Assembly: GCA_963785725.1 (NCBI GenBank)
Contig: CAWAWS010000039.1
Span: 288,001-352,000, forward strand
Source of the DNA: an uncultured delta proteobacterium
GTDB lineage: Bacteria > Myxococcota_A > Polyangia > Palsa-1104
Reading direction: 5' to 3'
DNA length: 64,000 nucleotides
A program made the position numbers and the translations under genes. Every line of letters starts with the position of its first letter. The first letter of the stretch is position 1. The notes below the pieces were generated by a model. It saw only the letters and a program-made list of their open reading frames with translations. It had not been told where the DNA came from and did not search any database. Shown here in pieces: positions 40,268-51,097 of this stretch.

Positions 40268-41603
40268 GCGCGGTCGGCGGAATCAGCGCGCACGCCACCA
40301 GCAGCTCCTTCGTTCCCAAGACCACCGGCCGATAGTCGCAATCGAGCGGCAGCGTCGCCGCGTAGTAGCTCGTCAGCGCCAGCACGAACAGCCGCAACGA
40401 CGGCTTCATGAAGTCGGGCAGCGCCGGCGCCAGCGGCAGCAGTGGGAGCAAATACCAGCCGTTCACGAAGGCGTGAAAGAGCACGTAGTAAACCAGCAGC
40501 AGCGTCGCCGCCCAGCGCAGGATCTGGCCGTCACGCGCGGCGCAGTAGGCGCACCAGGCGATCCAGATGGCCGCGGCGGTGCGGAACACGAGGCCGATGG
40601 CCCACGAGATGGCCGGCCGATGCAGCACGTAGACGAGCGCGGCGCGCGGCAAGGCCTCGAACGAGCGCGAAAACAGCGGGTGGCGCTCGCTCGGATCGCC
40701 GAGCAGCGCGGCGAACGCGGTCAACGTCGGCCAGGTGCGCAGCGCGACGATGGCGGACGCGACGGCAGCGACGGCGAGCGCGGCGGCGGCGATGACGAAG
40801 CGGCGCGGCGGAATGCGCTGCGCGATCGGCCGCAACAGACGGCGCAAGAGCTCGAACGCCACGAGCAGTGACGCCGAAATCTTGACCGCGATCGCCGACG
40901 CTAGCGCGACGAAGCCGGCGCCGCTGCGTCGGCGCGACACGGCGACGGCGAAGAGCGCGGCGGCGAGCGCGAGCCAGACGTCGTTGTGCGGGTTGATCGT
41001 GCCGTCGACGATGGCCAGCGGGCAAAAGAGCACGAACGCGACGGCGGGGGCGCCGAAGGCGACGCCGGCCAACGCCGCCGTGGCGACGAGGACGACGACG
41101 TTGATGGCCTGGTACAGTCGCAGCTGCAGCGTCAGATCGTCGCCGCCGGCGGTGGCGACCAGGCGGCTGAGCGCGTCGAAGGCCGGGCCGTATGGGCTCG
41201 TGCCGTCGCGCCAATCCTGGCTCGTCGGCAGCACCGTGAGGAAGCGATCGTCGGCCGGCAGCGTCGCCGACAGCGGTGTCGACGCGCGGGCGTGATAGCG
41301 CGCCTCGGCGTGACCGATGGCGGCGTAGAACAGCGGATCGTTCGACGCAAAGGGCGGCGCGCCCAACGCCACGACGTGCACGATCGCGCCCAGCGCCAGC
41401 GCGCGACGGAAGGACCAGCCGGCCGCTTGCGCGCGTTGCCAGGCCCACGCGAGCAGCGCGATCGCCGCCAAATAAGCGGCTGCGTAGAACGCGCCGGCGA
41501 GCGGCGAAGGCCACGTCGCGCACGTCGCGGCGTCGATGCGGAAGCGCTGCGCCGGCAGCCACAAGAGCAGCGTGCCGGCCAGCGCCAGCGCGAACGCGAA
41601 CAT
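40206..41603 (-). CDS. Polytopic GT-C glycosyltransferase (MptA/MptB-like)
   Basis: FASNDPLFY, SPYGP, NPHND, VK motifs, many TM helices. Confidence 0.7.
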   Translation of the reverse strand: MFAFALALAGTLLLWLPAQRFRIDAATCATWPSPLAGAFYAAAYLAAIALLAWAWQRAQAAGWSFRRALALGAIVHVVALGAPPFASNDPLFYAAIGHAEARYHARASTPLSATLPADDRFLTVLPTSQDWRDGTSPYGPAFDALSRLVATAGGDDLTLQLRLYQAINVVVLVATAALAGVAFGAPAVAFVLFCPLAIVDGTINPHNDVWLALAAALFAVAVSRRRSGAGFVALASAIAVKISASLLVAFELLRRLLRPIAQRIPPRRFVIAAAALAVAAVASAIVALRTWPTLTAFAALLGDPSERHPLFSRSFEALPRAALVYVLHRPAISWAIGLVFRTAAAIWIAWCAYCAARDGQILRWAATLLLVYYVLFHAFVNGWYLLPLLPLAPALPDFMKPSLRLFVLALTSYYAATLPLDCDYRPVVLGTKELLVACALIPPTALKLLFAWRRQRQASRASAAT

Positions 41604-41673
41604 TCCGCATTGTAGACACCGACGTCACAACGGCAAGCCTGGTGACAACGTAATGGGCGCATAGGACTAGCTC

Positions 41674-42219
41674 ATGGTTCGAGCGCTTGCTTGCTTGGCT
41701 GCCGGAGCACTCGCGATCGGGTGCGCGCATGCGCCGCCGAAGGGGCACTTCGACGCGGCGGCCGATCGGGTCTGCGCCGGTCGCGTCTGCTATCGCATGG
41801 GCGCGCTGCCGTCGGGCTGGCGCGTCGTGCAGCTGGAGAGCGCGGCCATCGGCTTCTACAGCGACGATATCGGCGGCGTCATCGCGGCCAACGCCAGCTG
41901 CCGCGACGACGCCGAGGCCACGCCGCTGGAAGCGCTGACGCGGCTGCTGCTCATCGGCTACACCGATCGCAGCTTCAAGGCGCAAACGAAGGTGCCGCTC
42001 GACGACCGCGAGGCGCTGCGCACGCGAGTCGACGCCAAGCTCGACGGCGTTCCCGTGTCGCTCGAGCTGCTCGTCATGAAGCGCAACGGCTGCATCTTCG
42101 ACCTGTCGTATGCCGCGCCGCCCGCGCGTTTCGCCCGCGGCAGCGACGACTTCGCGCGCTTCGTGCACGGCTTCGCCGACGATCGCCAGCAAGCGCGCGC
42201 CGAGCGAGGCGGCTCGTAG
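41674..42219 (+). CDS. Hypothetical lipoprotein at head of mla operon
   Basis: Lipobox AIGC; stop abuts the mlaE start. Confidence 0.7.
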   Translation: MVRALACLAAGALAIGCAHAPPKGHFDAAADRVCAGRVCYRMGALPSGWRVVQLESAAIGFYSDDIGGVIAANASCRDDAEATPLEALTRLLLIGYTDRSFKAQTKVPLDDREALRTRVDAKLDGVPVSLELLVMKRNGCIFDLSYAAPPARFARGSDDFARFVHGFADDRQQARAERGGS

Positions 42220-43083
42220 ATGGCGACCATCACCGCGTCGGCGCCGCCGGCATCGCGCTCGCAGTCCGATCCGGACTCGTCGGCGTCATCGGATTCGTCG
42301 CTGCCCATTCGCGCCGTCGGCTTCATCGGCCGCGGGCTCACCGACGGCGTGCTCGTGCGCCTCGGCCGCTTGTCGCTGATGGTGTCGCGCACGACGACCG
42401 GCCTCTTTCGCCGCTCGGTTCGCCTCGCCGACGTCGTCTACCAAATCCAATCGGTGGGCGTGCGTTCGCTCGGCCTCGTCGTCACGATGGCCGCCTTCGC
42501 CGGCATGGTCCTGGCTTTCCAGTTCGGCTACGGCCTCGAACGCTTCGGCGCCAAGCTCTACATCGGCCAGACCACGGTGACGGCGCTGGTGCGCGAGCTC
42601 GGGCCGGTCATGACCGCGCTCGTCGCCGGCGGCCGCATCGGCGCCGGCATCGCCGCGGAATTGGGCGGCATGGCCGTCACCGAGCAGATCGACGCCGTGC
42701 GCGCGCTCGGCGCCGATCCGCTACAGCGACTAGTGGCTCCGCGGCTCATCGCCGTCACCATCGCCATGCCGCTCTTGGCCGTGTGCGCCGACGTCGTCGG
42801 CACCTTCGGCGGCATGCTCGTCGCGTGGGGCCAATACGGCGTGCCGCCGCGCATGTTCATCAACGGCGTCTACGACTTCGTCACCATCAGCGACTTCGGC
42901 TCCGGCCTCGTCAAAGCGGTCGTCTTCGGCTTCATCGTCGGCGCCATCAGCACGTCCGAAGGCATGCGCGCGCAAGGCGGCACCGAAGGCGTCGGCAAGG
43001 CGACCACGCGCGCGGTCGTGGCCGGCGCGCTCGTCGTCCTCGGCGCCGACTTCCTGCTGACGAAGGTGATGTTGACGCTATGA
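42220..43083 (+). CDS. mlaE: MlaE-family ABC permease
   Basis: VRELGPVMTAL, AELGGMAVTEQIDA, GGTEGVGKATTRAVV. Confidence 0.93.
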   Translation: MATITASAPPASRSQSDPDSSASSDSSLPIRAVGFIGRGLTDGVLVRLGRLSLMVSRTTTGLFRRSVRLADVVYQIQSVGVRSLGLVVTMAAFAGMVLAFQFGYGLERFGAKLYIGQTTVTALVRELGPVMTALVAGGRIGAGIAAELGGMAVTEQIDAVRALGADPLQRLVAPRLIAVTIAMPLLAVCADVVGTFGGMLVAWGQYGVPPRMFINGVYDFVTISDFGSGLVKAVVFGFIVGAISTSEGMRAQGGTEGVGKATTRAVVAGALVVLGADFLLTKVMLTL

Positions 43084-43853
43084 GCGCGCCGGCGAACGAA
43101 AACGAGCCCGTCGTGGAGCTGAAAGAGGTCCGCAAGATCTTCGGCGACAACGTGATCTACCAGTCGCTGAGCTTGACGGTGCGGAAGGGCGAGACGTTCA
43201 CCGTGCTCGGCCCGTCGGGCGTCGGCAAGAGCGTCATGCTGAAGCTGCTCATCGGCCTACATCGTCCCGACGGCGGTCGCGTGATCGTCGGCGGCGAGAC
43301 GGTCAACGACTACGAGGAAGAGCAGTGGCGCGAGGTGCGGCGCAAGGTCGGGATGCTCTTTCAAGGCGCGGCGCTGTTCGACTCGCTCGACGTCGGTGAC
43401 AACGTCGCTTACGGCTTGCGCGAGCACTACAAGTGGCCGGAAGAGAAAGTGCGCGCGCGCGTCGCCGAGTGCTTGAAGTCGGTGGGTTTGCCCGACGTCG
43501 AGCGGATGCGGCCGAGCGATCTGTCGGGCGGCATGCGCAAGCGCGTCGGCCTGGCGCGCGCGCTGGCGCCCGGCCCCGAAGTCATCCTCTACGACGAGCC
43601 GACGACCGGGCTCGATCCGACGAACACGCGGCGCATCAACGAGCTCATCGTCTCGCTGCAGGAGCAGCTGGGCGTGACGTCGATCGTCATCACGCACGAC
43701 ATGGCGTCGGCGCTGGCGGTGTCCGATCGCATCGCGCTGCTCGAGGGCGGCAAAATTACGCTGACCGTCGACGCCAAGGAGGCCGAGCGCGATCCGCCCG
43801 AGCGGCTGTCGAAGTTCATGCACGGAGAAGGCGAAGATGAACAAAGACCGTAA
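43080..43853 (+). CDS. mlaF: MlaF-family ABC ATPase
   Basis: GPSGVGKS, LFQGAALFDS, LSGGMRKRVGLARA, YDEPTTGLDP; ATG 43080. Confidence 0.93.
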   Translation: MSAPANENEPVVELKEVRKIFGDNVIYQSLSLTVRKGETFTVLGPSGVGKSVMLKLLIGLHRPDGGRVIVGGETVNDYEEEQWREVRRKVGMLFQGAALFDSLDVGDNVAYGLREHYKWPEEKVRARVAECLKSVGLPDVERMRPSDLSGGMRKRVGLARALAPGPEVILYDEPTTGLDPTNTRRINELIVSLQEQLGVTSIVITHDMASALAVSDRIALLEGGKITLTVDAKEAERDPPERLSKFMHGEGEDEQRP

Positions 43854-44935
43854 ATTAGAGGTCAAAGTCGGTGGGTTCGTGCTCGGGCTCGTCGCCTTGG
43901 GCATCGTCGCCGTGCTCTTGCTCGGCCGGTCGAAGCACGTGTTCGAGTCGCGCGTGCGGCTGCACGCGACGTTCGGCGACGTCGCCGGCCTCGTGCAAGG
44001 CGCGCCCGTGCGCGTCTCGGGCGTCAACGTCGGCACGGTCGCGCAGATCATGTTCGTGCACGCCGATCCGCGGCCGGAGATTCGCGTCGACATGCAGATT
44101 TCGCAGTCGGCGCTAGGGCTCATTCGCGCCGATTCGGTGGCGACGATCTCGGCGCAAGGTCTGCTCGGCGACAAGATCGTCGAGATCCAAGCGGGCACCA
44201 ACGCGTCGCCGCAGGTGGCCGACGGCGGCAACGTCAAGACCGGCAGCGGGCCCGACTTCGACAAGATGATGAAGCAGGCGGCGGCGACGCTCGACGACGT
44301 CAAGCACGTGGCCGATCGCGCGGCGGAGACCGTCGATACGATCTCTGGATCCGAAGACCGTGAACATGATTCGCGAGTCGATGGAGCACATTCACGGCCT
44401 CTTGCACGCGACCGACAAGGGCGACGGCCTGGCGCACGCGCTGTTCTACGATCGCAAGACCGCCGACGAGCTGCAGCGCATCGAGGGCAACTTGACGCGG
44501 CTGTCGCAGCACGTCGACGAGAGCGTGCAGCACATCAACACCGTGCTCGGCTCCATCGACGGCGACGGGCGCAACGTCCTCAACAACGTCTCGCGCGCCG
44601 CCAAGAGCATCGGTGACACGGCCGATTCGGTACAGAAATCGAAGATCGTGGCCAACCTCGATCATGCCTCGGGCGACTTGGCGCAGATGGCGGCGTACAT
44701 GAAGACCGGGCAAGGGACGATGGGCTCGCTCATCATGGATCCGACGGTCTACGAGCAGCTCGTGCAGGTGCTGGGCGGCGTCGGTCGCTCGCGCGTGCTG
44801 CGCGCGCTCGTGCGTTATGCCATCTCGCGCGACGGCGAGCAGGGCGTGGCGCGCGTCGTCGACGCCGACAACGTGCCGGCGCTCAAGACGCCGAAGTCGG
44901 CGAAGGCGCCGCAGCCGCGGCCGATCTCGCAGTAA
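43837..44935 (+). CDS. mlaD: MlaD/MCE-family protein, split by a frameshift near 44350
   Basis: MCE domain GLVQGAPVRVSGVNVG..GLLGDK in one frame; helical tail GQGTMGSLIMDPTVY in ORF 44360-44935. Confidence 0.85.
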
Positions 44936-44944
44936 CATACGCGG

Positions 44945-45397
44945 GTGCGAAAAGCGCTCGTGCTCCTACTCTCGCTGGCGATTGCGCCGGCCCTGGTCTC
45001 GGCCGATCCCATCATCGGCGACGCGGCGCCGGCGCTGGCGGACGCGGCGCTCGGCAAAGGCGTCGTGGTCGTCGACTTCTACGCGACCTGGTGCGGGCCG
45101 TGCCAGCTGGCGATGGCGGCGCTCGACGACATCGTCAAGCGCCGCGGCGCGCAGCTCGTGGTCGTCGACGTGGGCGAGCCGGCCGAGCGCGTGCAGGCGT
45201 TCGTGGCCGCGCATCCGCTGCCGGCGGGCGCGCGGCTGGTGCTCGATCCCGACGGCGACGCCGCGCACCGCTGGGGCCAACACCGCTTTCCCACGACCTT
45301 CGTGCTCGGCGACGGCGTCATTCGACATATCAATCGTGGTTATGGCCCGGGCTACGCCCATCGATTGGATCAATGGGTCCTGGCCACGTCGCGATGA
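44945..45397 (+). CDS. TlpA-like thioredoxin-fold protein
   Basis: Signal peptide, DFYATWCGPC, FPTTFV. Confidence 0.88.
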   Translation: MRKALVLLLSLAIAPALVSADPIIGDAAPALADAALGKGVVVVDFYATWCGPCQLAMAALDDIVKRRGAQLVVVDVGEPAERVQAFVAAHPLPAGARLVLDPDGDAAHRWGQHRFPTTFVLGDGVIRHINRGYGPGYAHRLDQWVLATSR

Positions 45398-45442
45398 GCT
45401 GAAAACGGCGACGAGCCGCTACCGGGCGAATCTGTAGCGCGA

Positions 45443-45724
45443 CTAGGGTTTGAGCGCGGCGGCGAGCTGCGACTGCATGGCGATGGCGGCGGCGTCGGCG
45501 TTCCCGAACGCCACGACGGCGACGGCGCCGTTCGGCTGCCGCTTGAGCGCGAACGTGCCCGCCGGCGTCTTCAGCCGCACGTCGCTCCACGCCGCCGGCG
45601 CCGCGTTGGGCAGGACCAGCTGACCGTCGACCATGACGATCGTCGACGGCGCACCCGCCGCCCGCAGCCGCGCGAGCAGCTCCGTCAGCGTCACCGCGCC
45701 GTCGACGATCTCCTGCCGGCCCAT
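45443..45724 (-). CDS. Small hypothetical protein
   Basis: 93 aa ORF starting 2 nt after the SDR stop, protein-like composition. Confidence 0.6.
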   Translation of the reverse strand: MGRQEIVDGAVTLTELLARLRAAGAPSTIVMVDGQLVLPNAAPAAWSDVRLKTPAGTFALKRQPNGAVAVVAFGNADAAAIAMQSQLAAALKP

Positions 45725-45726
45725 GG

Positions 45727-46497
45727 TTACTTGGGCGCCATCCGCAGCGCGCCGTCGAGACGCACGACTTCGCCGTTCAAGTAGCGATTGGCGACCATGT
45801 GCTCGACGAGCGCCGCGTAATCGTCGGGCGAGCCGAGCCGCTTCGGGAACGGAATGCCCGCCGCCAGCGCCTGCCGCGCCGCTTCCGGCAGCTGCGCCAG
45901 CATCGGCGTGTCCATCGTGCCGGGCGCGATCGTGAGCACGCGGATGCCGACGGCCGACAGATCGCGCGCGATCGGCAGCGTCATGCCGACGACGCCGCCC
46001 TTCGACGCCGAGTAGGCCGCTTGGCCGATCTGACCATCGAACGCCGCCACCGACGCGGTGTTGACGATGACGCCGCGCTCGCCGTCTTCCTGCGCCGGCT
46101 GCTTGGCCATGCCGGCGGCCGCGAGGCGCGTGACGTTGAACGTGCCGACGAGGTTGATGCCGATGACGGTCTTGAACAGGTCGAGGTCGTGCGCGACGCC
46201 CTCTTTGTTCAGCGTGCGCGCCGCCCAGCCGACGCCGGCACAGCTGACGGCGATGCGCAGACCGCCCATCTCGTTGGCCGCGTCGACGGCCGCTTGCACT
46301 TCTTCCGCCGACGTCACGTCGGTCTTGACGAAGCGCGCGCGATCGCCGCCCAGCTCGTTCGCCAACGCCGGACCGCGCTTCTCGTCGCGGTCGACGATGA
46401 CCACGCGTGCGCCGCCCGCCGCCAGCCGCCGCACCGTCGCTTCACCCAAGCCCGACGCGCCGCCAGTCACCAGGGCTACCGATCCTTGCAATTTCAT
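45727..46497 (-). CDS. SDR, 3-hydroxyacyl-CoA dehydrogenase type II-like
   Basis: [39 protein letters not shown] before ATG 46497. Confidence 0.93.
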   Translation of the reverse strand: MKLQGSVALVTGGASGLGEATVRRLAAGGARVVIVDRDEKRGPALANELGGDRARFVKTDVTSAEEVQAAVDAANEMGGLRIAVSCAGVGWAARTLNKEGVAHDLDLFKTVIGINLVGTFNVTRLAAAGMAKQPAQEDGERGVIVNTASVAAFDGQIGQAAYSASKGGVVGMTLPIARDLSAVGIRVLTIAPGTMDTPMLAQLPEAARQALAAGIPFPKRLGSPDDYAALVEHMVANRYLNGEVVRLDGALRMAPK

Positions 46498-46562
46498 ACC
46501 GCCTCCTATTCGCGCATGCATAGCACATGGGGCTGGCCCGCGGCTTGCTCTCCGTCCGCGTC

Positions 46563-46730
46563 ATGCGCAGCGTCATCGTCATCGCCGTTCTCCTCTGCGT
46601 GTCGTCGGTAGCCGGGGCGCGTCCCAAGCGCACCCATCACGCCGCGCCCGCCGTCGCGCGCGGCCCGCATCGCCTCGGCGAGCCGGCGCCCATGCCGGTC
46701 CACGCCCGCCACAGCCATCACAATCACTAG
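46563..46730 (+). CDS. Small secreted His-rich protein
   Basis: MRSVIVIAVLLCVSSVAGA signal peptide, tail VHARHSHHNH. Confidence 0.5.
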   Translation: MRSVIVIAVLLCVSSVAGARPKRTHHAAPAVARGPHRLGEPAPMPVHARHSHHNH

Positions 46731-46828
46731 AACGCAACGTCCTAGCGCCGCCTGCAGTTACGCACGCTGCCGGTCGTGCTAGTGTCCGGTCGCCAAATTC
46801 GTCGCCCGCGCGTGGCGATCGGCAAAAG

Positions 46829-47206
46829 ATGTGGATTTCCAACGAACAAGCCAGGCTGGGCCGGAACGCCGGAGTGGACGCCGTGATCCGCCGCTTGCAG
46901 GCCTATCAGCCGACGTTCGAGGACGACGATCCGGCCGTTTTCATCCTCGCGCCTGAGGTTGCCCGCCCCATCCCGGCTGGGGACACGCGCCGCGGCACCG
47001 CCTGGCTGTTTCGTTCGCGGGCGGCGGCGGCGGCGTTCGGCGACTGGATTCACGAGCGCCACGGCGTAGAGACCATCCCGGTGCTGGTGCGGCTGCGGCA
47101 GCTGGCGCACGCCTTGGCCGAGCGCGATTTGACGTGGGTGCTCGATCCCGAGCCGCGCGAAGGCCACGGCGATCCGGTGAGCTTCAAGGCGCCGCTGGAA
47201 AATTGA
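46829..47206 (+). CDS. Hypothetical protein
   Basis: MWISNEQARLG...VSFKAPLEN, protein-like composition; 3' part of ORF 46058-47206. Confidence 0.6.
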   Translation: MWISNEQARLGRNAGVDAVIRRLQAYQPTFEDDDPAVFILAPEVARPIPAGDTRRGTAWLFRSRAAAAAFGDWIHERHGVETIPVLVRLRQLAHALAERDLTWVLDPEPREGHGDPVSFKAPLEN

Positions 47207-47277
47207 GCGCCGCTGCATCTAAGACGGCGAATGCCATGACCGACGACGAGCGATGCCGACGGCGCGCGGGAGAATGG

Positions 47278-48188
47278 ATGACGATCGAAGCAGGCAAGAC
47301 GCGCATCGGCTGGATCGGCACCGGCGTCATGGGCGCCTCGATGTGCGGCCACTTACTGGCGCGCGGCTTTGGCGTGACCGTCTTTTCGCGCACGCGGGAC
47401 AAGGCCGCGCCGCTCGTCGCGCGCGGCGCCGTCTGGGCCGACTCGGCGCGCGCCGTCGCCGACGCCAGCGACGTCGTGTGCACGATGGTCGGCTTCCCGG
47501 CCGACGTGCGCGCGCTGCTACTTGGGCGACGGCGGCTTGGCCACGGCCGCGCGCGCCGGCCAGATCTTGGTCGACCTCTCGACGTCGCAGCCGGGCTTGG
47601 CGCGCGACATCGCGACGGCGGCGGCGGCGCGCGGTGCGCGTGGCGCTCGACGCGCCGGTGTCCGGCGGCGACGTCGGCGCGCGCGAGGCGCGGCTGTCGA
47701 TCATGGTCGGCGGCGACGAAGCCGCGTTCACCGCGCTCGAGCCGCTGTGGTCGGCGATGGGCAAGACGTTCGTGCGGCAAGGCGACGCCGGCGCCGGCCA
47801 GCATACGAAGATGGTCAACCAGATCTTGATCGCGTCGGGCATGATCGGCGTCTGCGAGGCGCTGCTTTATGCGCACAAAGCGGGCCTCGAGGCCGAGCGC
47901 GTCTTGCAGTCGGTGGCGTCGGGCGCGGCCGGCTCGTGGTCGCTGACGAACTACGGGCCGCGCATCTTGGCGGGCAACTTCGAGCCTGGCTTCTTCGTCG
48001 AGCACTTCGTCAAGGACATGGCGATCGCGCTGGAAGAGGCGCGGCGCATGCAGCTCGTGCTGCCGGGCTTGGCGCTGGCCGAGCAGCTCTATCATTCGGT
48101 GCAAGCGCTCGGTTTCGGTCGCAAAGGCACGCAGGCGCTGCAGCTGGCGCTGGCGGCGATGTCCGGCGTCGACTGGGCGCGGCGATGA
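47278..48188 (+). CDS. NAD(P)-dependent beta-hydroxyacid dehydrogenase (3-HIBADH / 6PGD family), two frameshifts
   Basis: [39 protein letters not shown] spread over three frames; shifts at about 47520 and 47640. Confidence 0.85.
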
Positions 48189-49152
48189 CCTTCGTCGCGC
48201 CGCGCTGGCTCGCAGGACGACACGCGCAGACGGTGTTCGCGGCCTTGGTGCGGCTGCCGATCAAGCTGCAGCTCGTGCGTGAACGCTGGGAGTTGCCCGA
48301 CGGCGACTTCCTCGACGTCGATCGCTTGGCGGCGCCGACGCCCGATTCGCCCATCGTCGTCGTCTGCCACGGCCTCGAGGGCAGCTCGAAAGCCGGTTAT
48401 GTGCGCGGCCTTCTGCGCGAGCTCGAGCGGCACGGCTTGGGCGCGGTGGCGATCAACTTTCGCGGCTGCTCGGGCGAGCTCAATCGGCTTGCCGCGCTTT
48501 TATCACTCGGGCGAGACCGGCGATTTGGCGTTCGTCATCGACAAATTGCGCGCCGAGCGGCCGGGTCGCGCGCATCGGCCTGGCCGGCTTCTCGCTCGGC
48601 GGCAACGTCGTCACGAAGTATCTCGGCGAGCGCGGCGACGACGTCGCGCCCGAAGTCGTCGCCGGCGCGGTGGTGTCGGTGCCGTTCGATCTGGCGCAGT
48701 GCTGCACCGCCCTCGACGGTCCGGGCGTGATGGCGTGGGTCTATCGTCAGCGCTTCTTGAAGCGGCTGCGGGCGAAGGTCGCGGCCAAAGCGCAGAAGGT
48801 GGCCGGCGTCGACGTCGCGGCCGCCGACGGCGCGCGCAATCTGCGCGACTTCGACGACCGCGTCACGGCGCCGCTGCACGGCTTTACCGACGCCGCGGAT
48901 TACTACACGCGCTCGAGCTCGGGACCGCTCTTGCCCGACGTGAAGCGGCCGCTCTACATCGTCGCCGCCGATGACGATCCGTTCATTCCCTCGGCGGCGA
49001 TTCCGCGCGCGGCGGCGGCGGCGAATCCGCTGGTGACGCTCGACGTGTTCGCGGGCGGCGGGCATGTCGCCTTCGTGCACGGCCCGCCCTGGTCGCCGAT
49101 TCGCTTCGCCGAACGCCGCGTCGCCGACTTCCTCGCCGACCAGCTCCGCTAA
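48185..49152 (+). CDS. YheT-like alpha/beta hydrolase, two frameshifts
   Basis: HAQTV, HGLEGSS, FRGCSG | [10 protein letters not shown] | GFSLGGN, DDPF, GGHVAF; shifts at about 48490 and 48570. Confidence 0.85.
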
Positions 49153-49403
49153 CGCAGGCCATTCGCGCTCGACCTTACGTCGCGCCGGCACGGCCGCGCG
49201 CGATCGTGGCGTCGCCGTGCGATCGCCACAAGCGGGCGCGATCGTGAATGGTCACGCGGTTTTCGTCGCTGGCGCTGGTTTGGCGGACGTCGAGCGATCG
49301 TTCACTTCAGGAACGTTCGTGACGATGGAGACTGACGAGGCCGCGCGCGAATAAGGGTCTGCGGCGTCGGTGCATCGGGCCGCGTGTGGCGGCCCGATTC
49401 GAG

Positions 49404-50249
49404 CTACTTCGCGGCCGGGGCGGTCTTCGCGCCCGACGGCGGCGGCAAGTGCATGCCACCCGGCGGCGCCAAGCGCATGCCCGACGGCGGCACGCCGAAA
49501 TGCGCGCCCGGCGCCATATGCATGCCCGACGGCGGGACCAGGCCCGGCACCGGCGTCTGCGCCTTGACGATGTCGACGAGCTCGACCTCGAACACGAGCG
49601 TCGCGCCGCCCGGAATCGTCGGCGGACGGCCCTGGTCGCCGTAGGCGATGTTCGACGGGCACACGAGGCGCGCCTTCTCGCCGACCTTCATCTTCTGCAG
49701 ACCTTCGGTCCAGCAGGGGATGACGTTGTGCAACGGGAACGTGGCCGGCTCGTTACGCTTGTACGAGCTGTCGAATTCGGTGCCGTTGGTGAGCGTGCCG
49801 CGGTAGTTGACCTTGACGGTGTCGGTGTCCTTCGGCTGCGCGCCGGTGCCCGGCGTGAGCGACTTGTAGACCGCGCCCGACGTCAAGCGCTCGGCGCCCG
49901 CTTCCTGCGCCGCCTTGTCGGCGAACTCCTGGCCCTTCTTCTTCTCGTCCGTCGCCTTCGCTTCCGAGCGCTTGCGACCGAATTGATTGACCTTCGGGCC
50001 GTACACTTCCAGCTCGACCTGGGGCTTCTTCGCCAGCGCCGCGTCGCTGATGCCGGCCTTGACCGTCTCGAGCTCTGCCGGCGACAAGTTGAAGTTGGCG
50101 ACGTTTCGCCCAATGATCAGGCCGAGCGCGTACAGCGTCTTCTGGTCGTCGCTGTCGAGCTTGACCGATCCGCCGCCGCCGCCGCTCATTTTGTTACAAG
50201 CCGGGAGCGCGAGCGTCAGCAGACCCAAGAACAGTGCTGGTTTCATCAT
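49404..50249 (-). CDS. FKBP-type peptidyl-prolyl isomerase lipoprotein (FkpA/Mip-like)
   Basis: Lipobox LPAC; VNYRGTL..FDSS, VIPCWTEGL, AYG, LVFEVEL; PPxGMH-repeat tail. Confidence 0.93.
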   Translation of the reverse strand: MMKPALFLGLLTLALPACNKMSGGGGGSVKLDSDDQKTLYALGLIIGRNVANFNLSPAELETVKAGISDAALAKKPQVELEVYGPKVNQFGRKRSEAKATDEKKKGQEFADKAAQEAGAERLTSGAVYKSLTPGTGAQPKDTDTVKVNYRGTLTNGTEFDSSYKRNEPATFPLHNVIPCWTEGLQKMKVGEKARLVCPSNIAYGDQGRPPTIPGGATLVFEVELVDIVKAQTPVPGLVPPSGMHMAPGAHFGVPPSGMRLAPPGGMHLPPPSGAKTAPAAK

Positions 50250-50300
50250 GGCGACCGTCCTATCATCTTTCGCGCCGCGATGCACTCCCGCCGCTGACAG

Positions 50301-50909
50301 ATGTTGATCGAGATCAACGCGCTGTATCCCGAGCCGCGTAAGGTTCGTCGCGCGGTCGAAGCGCTGGAAGCCGGCGAGATCATCGGCTATCCGACCGATA
50401 CGGTGTACGCGCTCGGTTGCGACCTCACGAACAAAAAGGCGATCGATCGGCTCTATCAGGTCAAAGGCATGGCGAAAAATCAGCCGCTGGCCTTCATTTG
50501 CCCCGATCTGGCGGATCTGTCGAAGTATGCCGTCGTCGACACGCACGCCTATCGCATCATGCGGCGGGTCTTGCCGGGCGCGTATACGTTCATTCTGCCG
50601 GCGACGCGCGAAGTGCCCAAGATCCTGCATACGTCCGACAAGCGGACCGTCGGCATTCGCGTGCCCGATTCGGCGATCATCACGGCCATCGCGCGCGAGC
50701 TCGGTCGGCCGGTCATCTCGACGAGCGCGCATCCGTCCGGCGGCGAGCAGCTCATCGACGCGCGCGATCTGGTCCCGACGTTCAAAGGGCTGGCGCTCGT
50801 CCTCGACGGCGGACTGTGCGGCAGCGAGCCGACCACCGTCGTCGACCTCTCGCAAGGCTTCGTCGACGTCGTGCGCGAAGGCGCCGGCTCCGTCGAGAAA
50901 CTAGGCTGA
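50301..50909 (+). CDS. Sua5/YciO/YrdC family protein
   Basis: YPTDTVYALGC, LPGAYTFIL, VGIRVP, ISTSA, PTTVVDL. Confidence 0.92.
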   Translation: MLIEINALYPEPRKVRRAVEALEAGEIIGYPTDTVYALGCDLTNKKAIDRLYQVKGMAKNQPLAFICPDLADLSKYAVVDTHAYRIMRRVLPGAYTFILPATREVPKILHTSDKRTVGIRVPDSAIITAIARELGRPVISTSAHPSGGEQLIDARDLVPTFKGLALVLDGGLCGSEPTTVVDLSQGFVDVVREGAGSVEKLG

Positions 50910-50946
50910 CGTCGTCATCGCGCCTCGATTCGTGACCAAAAAACCT

Positions 50947-51097
50947 GCCGTAAAATCGCAGCAAACCGTCGCTCGCGGCTCAAGTGCTAGGCGGAGCGAG
51001 CACCGGAGCGGAGCAGCCTCTGAGGCTGTGAGCACCGGAGCGCAGCGACAACGACGCAATTGGGCCGCTCGCGGCGGTTTGCCCGATTTTAGCCGGC
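50947..51097. repeat. About 150-bp imperfect palindromic element (MITE/REP-like) between convergent genes
   Basis: Arms TAAAATCGCAGCAAACCGTCGCTCGCGGCTCAA / TTGGGCCGCTCGCGGCGGTTTGCCCGATTTTA; core GAGCACCGGAGCG x2 around CAGCCTC-T-GAGGCTG. Confidence 0.7.
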
